Virus record (IMG/VR): IMGVR_UViG_3300050145_000015 | Span: 1-46,695 of that record | Strand: one strand, 5' to 3' | Length of the DNA: 46,695 bases | Origin: a virus | Taxonomy: Duplodnaviria; Caudoviricetes | In this document: piece after piece, positions 1-9,700 of the stretch | Position numbering within the stretch: position 1 is the stretch's first letter | Layout of the letters: the number at the start of each line of letters is the position of its first letter | Notes under the pieces: generated by a model | What the model was told of the DNA's origin: nothing | Database searches by the model: none | Seen by the model: only the letters and a program-made list of their open reading frames with translations | Position numbers and translations under genes: made by a program

Positions 1-4
1 ATCA

Positions 5-34
5 TTGCAAAACGGTGAAAAGCCGGTATATAAT
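5..34 (+). promoter_or_regulatory. sigma70-type promoter for tRNA-Lys(TTT)
   Basis: TTGCAA (5-10), 18-nt spacer, TATAAT (29-34), 12 nt before the tRNA. Confidence 0.65.
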
Positions 35-46
35 TTAAGGCTTGTC

Positions 47-122
47 GGGTCGTTAGCTCAGTTGGTAGAGCAGCGGACTTTTAATCCGTTGGTCGCAGGT
101 TCGAGTCCCGCACGACCCACCA
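47..122 (+). tRNA. tRNA-Lys (anticodon TTT)
   Basis: 76-nt cloverleaf: GGGTCGT acceptor, TAGCTCAGTTGGTAGAGC D arm, CTTTTAA anticodon loop, GTTCGAG T loop, ends in ACCA. Confidence 0.97.
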
Positions 123-209
123 GACAAACTTCGAGACTTCGATGGTTTGGCAGAGGGTTTGACAAAAAGCGATGCTTGTTGAAAAACAAGTGATGCATGT
201 CAAAAACGA

Positions 210-218
210 TGCTATAAT
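210..218 (+). promoter_or_regulatory. extended -10 promoter element (TGcTATAAT) upstream of the second tRNA
   Basis: TG-C-TATAAT at 210-218 in the AT-rich spacer. Confidence 0.5.
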
Positions 219-289
219 TCGAGTCTTAGCTGATTGACCAAAATCAGTAACACTTACAAAGCTTGGTGCTCAGCATCATGCAAAGTAAA

Positions 290-365
290 GGGCTCCTAGC
301 TCAGTTGGTAGAGCAGCGGACTCTTAATCCGTTGGTCGACAGTTCGAATCTGTCGGGGCCCACCA
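290..365 (+). tRNA. tRNA-Lys (anticodon CTT), probable prophage integration site
   Basis: 76-nt cloverleaf: GGGCTCC/GGGGCCC acceptor, CTCTTAA anticodon loop, GTTCGAA T loop, ends in ACCA; phage DNA follows immediately. Confidence 0.97.
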
Positions 366-384
366 ACTTTTTCCCAATAGGGAC

Positions 385-426
385 AAGGGGTTAGCATCGA
401 AAGACGCTAACCCCTTAATTCTTTCT
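385..426 (+). terminator. hairpin/intrinsic terminator after the tRNA
   Basis: AAGGGGTTAGC (385-395) pairs with GCTAACCCCTT (406-416) around a GAAA loop, followed by AATTCTTTCT. Confidence 0.75.
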
Positions 427-434
427 GAAACCCA

Positions 435-503
435 TGTAGGCGCCTGTGTAGGTGGCTTTCGTGAGGTGCCTACAGAATGAATGCATGTAGGTCGCTTTGT
501 GGG
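435..503. repeat. TGTAGG repeats, candidate integrase arm-type binding sites
   Basis: TGTAGG at 435, 447 and 486, TGTGGG at 498 (two pairs with a 12-bp period), inverted CCTACA at 469-474. Confidence 0.5.
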
Positions 504-551
504 TACGTTGGCGCTATCGGCATATCGCCTGGGCGTGTATCCTGCGGCCCC

Positions 552-779
552 ATGCGACAAATACTCGCCGCCCCCCTGGTAATCCTTGGCCTGTTGGCCA
601 TGGGGTCGAGTTACCTGCCGCTCGGCCTGGCCATGGTGCTCCTGGGTGTGGCCCTGCTCCAGCGCGTGACAGTCCGCGCTGAAGAGGCATTCATGGGGCT
701 CTTGATGATCGTCGGCGCGCTGGGCGCACTGGCAATGTTCGTCCAGTACGCCCTGCAGGTCATCGGTTGGCTGCCTTGA
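552..779 (+). CDS. small integral membrane protein (75 aa), att-proximal accessory gene
   Basis: MRQILAAPLVILGLL... is almost entirely hydrophobic (2-3 TM segments); convergent with and overlapping the giant gene 3' end. Confidence 0.65.
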   Translation: MRQILAAPLVILGLLAMGSSYLPLGLAMVLLGVALLQRVTVRAEEAFMGLLMIVGALGALAMFVQYALQVIGWLP

Positions 780-3700
780 CTGCGTCGTTGGTCATCGCAT
801 TCTTGGCCACCTCGTTGCGCTCCACCTGAATCTCGTCCAGTGCCTGGCGCTTCTCGGCGCGCGTCATGTCGCGGTCTGCATAGATCGCATTGCGGCGCTT
901 GTTGAGCTCGGCCAGGCGCTTGGTAGCCGTGGTGATCACCTCCCTGGCGGCCAGCTTGTCGATGTCGTCGGCCTCCTTTGCGTCAGCGCGCTCGTCGTCA
1001 CCCTCCTTGCGCAGGGCATTGACTGAGCGGTAGATGGTGTCCACTTCTTCGCGCATGTTGTACAGATCCGACTCATAGACCGTGCCTCGGGCTGGGTCCA
1101 GTCGGTAAAAGCTCTTGACTACGGGCAGGTCATCGGCGCGCAGCGCTGCTGATGGTGGCGCGTCGGACATGGAGCGCACGGCCAGGTCAGACAGACCCAG
1201 GGCATAGCTGCCCACGGTGCCGAAGTAGCCATTGACCAGGTACTCCAGGCGCTTGGGGCTTGCGCCCAGGGCGTCGGCCACGCCCGGCGCTGCAGCGGTC
1301 AGGGCTTTCATCGTTGCCGATGTCCGGCCGTCATAGCGCAGGCTGGGCAGCTTGCCCTCGTCGGTGGGTGTCTCGATGGGCGAATCCCTGAAAGTGTCCT
1401 TGTTGGCCCACACATTCAGGCCTGGGCGGATCATCTGCGGCACCACGTCCATGGCCAGCTGATCGCGCACGTTGGCCCACAGGCGGCTCAGGGTCTTGTT
1501 GCCTGAGTCTAAGCCCATGAAAGTACGCACCAACAAACGCTCGGGCAGTGTGGCAAAAACCACGCCCAACTCGAAGGGCTTGGGGATGCGGAAGTGCTGT
1601 CCGGCGATCTTGATGTGCCAGTAGGTGTCCTTGTCCCAGTCGGGCAGCTCTTCATACCAGTCTTCACCGGCATTGACAGCGGCCAGGGCCAGGGATGCGG
1701 CCATCATGACCATGCCGTATCGGGCCAGGCGCTTGGGGTCGGCCCGGCCCAGGCGATACAGGCCCTGGATGCGGGCATTGAAGAAGGGCAGGGTGTCGGC
1801 CATCACCTGGTAGAGCGGGCTGGAGCCCCGCAGGTTGAAGTCCATCAGGTCCTTGGCCTCATAGGCGGCGGTCGTGGGCGACTTCTGGGCGGTGCTCGAT
1901 GCCTTGTAGGCCGCCTCGCGGTTGGCGTTTTCCACGGCCTCGCCCAGTTCGCGGTACCGCTCCCAGCCCAGCAGGCCCTTGTCGACCACGGAGCCCAGGA
2001 AGCTGTTGATGGATGAGGCATCCATGCCGCGCTTGCGCAGGGCTCGGCGCATGGCGCGTGCCGTGGCGGTCGGGTCGGCTGAATCGACGTTTCCAGACTG
2101 GAAGCTGGCGCCAGCGAACAGCATGGCCTCACTGGCGCCGGTGCCCTTGTATGAGTCCTTGATGCCTTTCAGGGCGGCGGCCGGGTTGAAGCGATCGCGC
2201 GAAATCATCTGGGAGGCCAGCGAGTCGCGGATGAAGTTGCGCGCCATGAACTCAGGCGTTGACGTGATGGTCTGCGTCAGCACGCGCTTGAACCATCGCG
2301 CAGCGGCCAGACCACGGAAGTCCAGCGGCACGAAGCTGGTTGCGGCGCGCAGCAGCAGGGGGTCGTGCACCTTGTAAAACTCGGGCTTGCCGCCACGCAT
2401 CACCCGAATCACGTCCTTGTCGGCTGGTTGCTGGATGGCCCACATCTTGGCCATGCCATCGAACAGCTCGGGCGGGAAAATCGCCATGATCTGCTCAGGC
2501 ACACCAGACTGCTCGAGTGCTTTCTCGATCTGCGAGCGGGGCACGATGGCGGCTTTCATGTCGTAGCCCACCTTGCTGATCGCCTCGGAGTCTGCGGCGG
2601 TCAGCACATCCACGGTCTTGCGCAGCGCGTTGTTCTTCAGGCTGGCATCGATCAGCCGGCTGAAGTTCATCAGCAGGTTCTCCATGGGGTCGTTCAGGGC
2701 GCTGGTGCCACCCTTGAGGGTGCGAATGCCTGAGCTCTGTCCGGCCAGACCCTTGCGGCCGGTGGGGCTGAAGGCGGCGCGCTCGTCGATCTGCCGGTAA
2801 AACGGGATGTAGTCGGCGTGGTCCCAGACCTTGCGAGCCTCGGCATCGATCAGCCCGGCGCCCTGGGCGACGTCCAGCACGGAGCGTTTGAAGTCGGCGT
2901 ACTGCACGCCCACCTTGTTGAACAGGGCGCGCTTGGGGCTGCCGGGCGGGCCGGCTAGGTCCTGCAGGGCTGCGATCTCTTCGGCCGTGAAGTTGTTTTC
3001 ACGCCCCTCGTTCATCAGGCGTGCAGCTCGGTTGCCCACCATCCAGCCGAACCAGTTGTTCACGTCATCGCCCAGGGGCTCCAGGATCTGCAGCAGGCCC
3101 TTGCTGCCGTCGATCTTCTCCAGGTGCTGGCCATTGTTCGCCCATTTGGCTTTGCCGTGCATCAACAGGCCACGCATCACTGCCGACGTGCCGCCATTGG
3201 CCAGGCGGGCAGCAATGTACGGGTCTTGTTCGTGGGGCAGGTTGCCCACGTCGCGCCGGATGGCGTTGTCGATGCCCGTGAACTGGTCCAGGGCACCCTG
3301 GCGGAAGTTCAGGAAGGCGTCGGCGGCCAGCGTGTTGCGCTGCTGGATCATCTCGATCGCGTCGCGCGTCTTCTCGGTGACGTAGTCGCGCACGCTTTGC
3401 ACAAGGCCCTTGGGCTGCTTCAGGCCAGCCTTGCGCATGGCCTTGGTCAGATCGTCGTCGGGCTGGATGCTGAAGTTGGATGCGTCATCCTCTTGCTTGC
3501 TGAAGGCCTGCGCCGCCCCCATTGGCGCGCCGCCGGTGACAAACCGGAAGGGCTCACCCTTGGCCGTCTTGCCGCTGATGATGGCATTGCGGGCATCGCG
3601 CACCAGGGCCAGCACGTCCAACTCGGTACCGGTGCGGTCCAGCTTGGTGGCCAGGGTGATGAGGTTGAGCTTGCGCAGCAGCTTGACCACCTCGGCCTTG

Positions 3701-6700
3701 AGATCCGACAGGTAGCCCTTGAACTGGGTCAGTGCGCTGGTGTCGTTGCCCTGGGCCAGGAAGGCGATCAGCTCGTTCATGATCGTGCTGCGGCGCACAT
3801 CCGCTGGCTTGCCTTCGGTCTGCTTGATGTACGGCTGCAGGCGGTCCCACACGGTTTTGCCGGCCTGGGCCTCGTACTTCTTGGCCAGTTTGGCAACACC
3901 TGCCAAGCCGTTCATGTTGCTCCACAACTCCGTCAGTCGCGCCTCAGGGCTGCCACCCAGGGCACCCTTGAGACCCAAGTGGCCGTAAACTTCGTGGAAG
4001 ACCACCCGCTCAGCTTGTTCGCGTGACTTGATCGCCGCACCAACCAGGTAGACCTTGCCTTGAAATTCAACCCCTTCGATGCCGCTCAGGTTAAAGCGCT
4101 TGGTCAGCGCGTCCTGGACAATTTTCTGAGGAAGGTCGCGCCACGTGTCGACGGCGATGATTTGCCCGCCAGTGACACCGCGCCAGCCGTCCTGGAGATC
4201 CCGTGCGATTCGCTCGAGGTTCACTTTACCGATGGCTCGTTCATCAAGCGCGTCGACGGTGTCGAGCTTTCCTGGAACGCTGCTGCGGACACTGCCATCG
4301 ACAGCGCCACCGATGGGCACGATGCCCAAGCTGGCCAGGCTGGGCCGGGTGTCGCTGGAGAACAGAGGTAGTCCGCCGGCGGCTTTCTCGCGCATGGCGG
4401 GGGTGATGTCAAAGGCGTTTTGCTTCTCGCCGCTCAGATCCACATGGGTGCTGCTCAGGTCCATCTTGGTCAGACCGTCGCCCCCCACCTTCTTGAGCAC
4501 ATCCTTGGCCACCTTCGGCACGATCTGGTCGTAGAAGGTGCGCATGCCTTCGCCGCCTACCTTGAGGCCGTCGCCGTCAATGCGGCGCGTTTTTGCATTG
4601 ATGTCGCCGCGCCCCGGGTCGCGTTGTGGTGTCGCATCCAGCAGCTTGCGCGCAGCTTCTTTGCCAATGTAGTCTTCGACTTTGTCTTCTGGCACCTCTT
4701 GGCGCAGTGCCTCTTTACCCTCTAGGTCGGTTGCAATCAGCACACCCTTGTCGGTGTACTCAACCCGGCTGATTTGCTTGCTCAGGTCAAACTGATCTGC
4801 CGCCTGCTGGCCGGTGATGAAGGCCACACGGTCATACCCGCCATCGGCGGCCATCTTGATGATGCGCTTGATGGCCAGGGAAACCCATGCGTCGGTTTTG
4901 GTGACGAAAGGGGCGGAGGGCACACCGCTCTCACGGCGATCGTGGAAAACCTCGTTCAGGTCGATGCCGCTGCCGTTGGTGGCTTTGATCAGTCGGCTCC
5001 AGTTGTCATGCGTGGACGTGCCGTCATCGCCAAGTGGATCTTTCATCAAGCGGTTGATGTCAGTGCGGGCCTGCGCCTCGCTCATGCCGCCCTTGATTGC
5101 CGCCTGCAGCACCTCGTTCGGGAAGGTGTTGGCAAAGCCCTTCTTCTTACCTTCTTGCCCCCAGTCGCTCTGCACCTCCTGCACGAACAGCACGCGCTTG
5201 CCGTCTGCGTCGGTTCGGTCATCGATGCGAACGTGGGCCAGCACGTTGGGCTCTTCCCAGTGCTTGCTTCGATAGTCGGGGCCATCGATCACCTTGTTTT
5301 GCACCAGAACGGGCGAAGGGAAAGCCGCCTCTGCCTGCTCCCGAGTGCTGAAACCCTGCTCGCCCCATTCACCATTGCGGTCGACGATGTACCACTTGCC
5401 AGCTGACTCTCGCGCTTCAAATGGCCCCTTGGTGGCTTCGACCTGCTTTGTAACAGTCTTTCCGGCGGGCAGTTTCAGCAGCAGCTCGCGGTAGTTCTCG
5501 CCTCCGGGGATGGCGTAGTCGCCGAACTTGGTGGGATTGACGATCTCTGACGCCATTGGCTCCACGATGGCCTTGATGTCGTCTGGCAGCTCGTCCAGGT
5601 CATATCCATCTTCACCGTCGGTGAAGTAGACGGCCTCGTCACCGTGGTCAGCCTCCCAGCCGGTGCCCTCAAGGACGCGGTTCATCCTGGCCACGATGTC
5701 ACCGGGATTGCCCAGCATCACCTCTTGCACCTGCACCCCGTTGGCGCGCACAAACTCGGCCACCTGCTCGCGCTTGACCTTGCCCTGCTGCAGGCCCAGC
5801 CAGTCGCGCAGGCCGGTCCATTCCACCTCGTCGGCCTTGATGGCGCCACGCTTGGCCAGGGCGTCGAGGTATTGCAGCCAGGCCGCGGGCAGCCCCTGCG
5901 CCATCGGGGACTTGTCGACCCGGCGGGCCAGCTCGGAGTAGAAGGGTGGGGTGTCGTCGATGGCAATGGAGAAGTTCGGACCGCCCTCGCTGCTGGCGTC
6001 CACCATCTTGGGCACATGCTCGGCCCGAATGAACCACCCGCCGTCCTTCTTGAAGGTGTAGGCGTCGAACTCCTTGGCCTGGGCTTGGCTCAGATCCTTG
6101 CGCACCACCCCCTTGAGCACCTTGCCCTTGCCGGTGGTGTGCTCGATGATCGGCCAGCCTTTGCCCTCAGCCAGTGCGGTGCCTTGCTGGGCCTGCTCAG
6201 CCTTTTGTGCCTTGGCAGCCTGGCGGCCGTCCTGCTTGACGGCCTGGGCCACATCAGCACCAGGATCGGCCGAAGCCTCGCCCTCTGCCGGTACCGGCTT
6301 GGCGCGCTTGGGCAGATCGGCGTCGCGGATGCGGGCGAAAAAGTCGTTGATGTCGTCGATACCCGTCCAGTCGCGGGTGCGCTGCTCAGGCGCGCGCTGG
6401 CCTTCGGCAGGCTTTTCGATCACCACGATGCGGGTGGCCACGCTGGTGCCGGCGCGCTCAAAGGTCACCTGAGGCAGCTTGATGTCTGCCACCAGGTGCA
6501 GGCCTTCGGCGGGGTGGAAGGTTTCGGTTCGCTTGCCAGTTGGCTTGACCTGCGTAACTGCATTGAGGTTGATGGCACTCGACAAATCGGCGCCTTTGGG
6601 GCGTGCGTAAGAGGCGCCACCCTTGGTTGGTGTGTCGATGTTGTGCACCACCATTTCGGACTGAGCACCAAACGCCTTGATGGTGATGGTGTCGCCTCGG

Positions 6701-9700
6701 TAAATCTTGCCAAGCTCAGGGTGATCAATCAGCGCCTTGGCCGGCTTAGCCTCCTCTTCATAGAACCACTTGTCAAACCGCTTGTCTGCGGCCGGGCCGG
6801 TGGGGATCAGCGCCACGATCCGGCCACCCTCGCGCAGGTGCCCGGCAGCCTTGGCCAAGTGCTCCACCGCCAGCTTGCCACCCATGCCGAAAGGCGGGTT
6901 CATGACAATGCCGTCGAACTTGTTGCTGATGTGCAGGTCTTCAAAATCGCTGCCGATGATCTTGCCGTCGAAGACCATGGCCAGGCGGGGGCGCAGCGTG
7001 CTCGATGGCTCGATGACTGTGCGCTCGGTGTTCTCGGGCATCCATCGGGCAATGGCGCCATGGCCGCCGCTGGGCTCCAGCAGGTGATCGCCAGCGTGAG
7101 AGTCCAGCCACTCCACCATCTTCAGACCCAGGGGCTCAGGTGTGGCGAAGTAGTCGGCGCCCTCGGCCGCCTTGGTCTTGCTGTTCTTCTTCTGGGTGCC
7201 GTAATAGAACGACACCGCACGGTCGAACTCGGTCAGCGCCTCATTGGCGGCCTTGTCGCGCTCCTTGCCGCCCTTGCCTTCGCCTTCGTGGCCGGCGGGG
7301 TATGCATCGGATTCCTCGAATGCCGCAATGAAAGCATCCTTCAGAGCGCGGGCCAGTTCACCCATGCCCAGGTTCTCGGCCGTGCTCGATCGCGTCGAGA
7401 TGGTGGTGGCAAAGGCCCACTTCTCCCAGTTGGTGCCGGTGTTGAAGTAGCGGAAGATGGCGTCCGTCTTCTGGCCCGTGCGGTAGATCCGGCCCTCTTG
7501 CTGGATTGCTGTGGTGGGCTGCGTGGGTTGCCCCAGGTTCAGCAGGGCGCGCTGGTGCTTACCGGTGGTGTCGTGCAGGCTGATACCCTCCTTGCCTGCG
7601 GCAGACTGCACCAGGATCACGGTCGGGCCGGTGGCGTCGTCCTGGAACTTGGCCACGTTGGCGCGCCGGTCTGCTGGCTTGACGTCGCCATTGAACAAGA
7701 GCACGCCAGGGAAAGCCTGCTGATACGCCTCGATGGGTGAGGGCATGGCCGCGAACGGGTAGCGCACCAAGTCGCGGAACTCCCGGCGGAACATGCTGAT
7801 CGCCTCGTTGGCCAGGGCCACCTTCTCGGCGCTCACGCTGTCGTCACCACCTTCGGACATGGATTGGATGTCAAAGGGGTTGAAGCCGCCGCCCTTCTTG
7901 TAGTCGTGGAAAACCACCACCTTGCGGCCCATGGCCATGTGAGCCTTGACGTGCGCAATGGATTCCTGAGCCTTGATGGCCTCCAGCAGGTAGCGGCGCG
8001 AGAGGTAATCGAACTTCTTGCGCAGCACGTCGCCCAGGGTGTCAAAGCCGCGGTGAGGTTCGCGGCCCGCCTCCTTGTCGCCATGGGCCTGGTCGTACAC
8101 CCAATTCAAGGCTTCGTCGATGCGCAGGCCGATGGCCGATTCGACCAGGACAAACCGGCGGTCATAGTCGGCATGCACGTCCAGCATCCGGCCAGACAGT
8201 GCGCCAGAGGTGCGTAGCCAGGTGTTGAATTGGCGCTCCATCAGGCTGGTGTTGACCTTGGCGTCTGGCTTGGTCAGCTTGTTGTAGCGCATCCGCATGC
8301 CGAAGTGCTGCATGAAGAACTGTTCGCGGTTGCTGCCCTCGTTGTAGCCACGGAAGGTGTTGGACTCGTCGCCTCGACCTTCGTCGTATTCCATCAAGTA
8401 GCCATTGGCCCAGTCGACCGTTGGCACGTAGGCGAAAGGCGTGGCGCTCAAGAAGGTGGCGCGTGGGCGGCTGGCGCCTTGGGCTTCTTCCACCTCGGCC
8501 TTGATGGCGTCCTGTGCTGCGTTGACCTTGGTGTTGAGCTTGTTGCGATCGGCCTCAAGCTCCGCCTTGTGGGCGGCGACTTCTTGACGATATGCGGCGG
8601 AGGTTTTGCCGTTGTCCTCGATGTCCTTCAGCATCGTGTTGATCTGCTTCAAGCGATCAATGTCCACACGGTTGCGCATGCTGTGCAGCGTGTAAGCCCC
8701 ATCGGGGTGCTTGGTGATGGCGCGCAGGGTGGCCAGCGCGGCGGTGGGTTTGCCGTCTTCGGCCTGCATTAGGTAGTGAGCCTCGTCGTGCACCACCAGA
8801 TCCCACTCACGATCACCCAACACACGGTTGTCGCCAAAGTTGGCATAGGTCGTGATGACCACGCCCCTTCCGGCGTCCTTGGTGCTGGCTAGTGGCGTGA
8901 TGTCCAGCCCCAGGCGCTTGCCCGAGCTGATCCAGTCTTCCATGATCTTGTCGCTGGGCACCACCATGATGGTGTTGGTCTTGCCCTGCAGCGCAAAGCG
9001 CTTGACCACACCCAGGCCCGTGAAGGTCTTGCCGGTACCGGTGCCGTTGGTGAACAGCATGCCGTAGCCGTCTGGCTTGGCAAAGCGGGTTTCAGCCTTC
9101 TGAACATCCTCCTGCTGACCCGGCAGCAGGAGGGGTAGGGTTTCGCGGATGTTGGCGGTGTCGCCCAGCTTGACGGCAGTGGGTGCCGTCCGCTGAGCCC
9201 GGTTGCTCAGGCCTTGTGCCAGTCCGTCTTGAGAAGCCCCGCGAGTCGCGTCTGCTGAGACGGTCTCAACCGGAATTCCTCGGTCGCCAAACCCACCGCC
9301 TCGTTGATCGAGGTCAGCTCCGGCAGGCACGAGCGAAGGTCCGGACTTGCTTGTGCTTCCACGAACCGGCTGATCGCCACCGTCTCGCGCAGCAGGGGCG
9401 CCACCAGCAGATACCCCCGAATCACCTGAGCGTCCGCCCCCTTGGCCGCCAGATCGCTTTCCAGCTTTGCCAGCGCCTGCGTCAGCTTGTCCTGGCTCAT
9501 TTCCATCAGGCTGCGCCAGTACGCGCTTTGAACCGGCTGGGTCTTGGCGATCTGGTTCCAGATCATTGCGGGCACTTGGTACATTGCTGTCTTCCTTTTC
9601 GGCCGCATTGTCGGCGATGGTGTCCAGGTCTGTCGACTCCACCTCACCAGCGCTGCTCATGCCATCGAAGGCCGCGGCGCGTGGGTCGTACTTCACGCCC

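Noticed and set aside
514-521. GCCGATAG (minus strand) as a sigma-28 -10 element; similar matches near 32792 and 35382
   Set aside because: There is no matching TAAA -35 element or sensible downstream gene, and such matches are expected by chance in GC-rich DNA.
5-560. ORFs 5..193 (+) and 324..560 (-)
   Set aside because: They overlap the tRNA genes and att region and are translation artefacts.
4221-4412. +1-frame ORF in another linker of the giant gene (…MAVSAAAFQESST…)
   Set aside because: It has no SD, codon bias does not clearly switch frame, and the sequence is Ser/Pro-rich.
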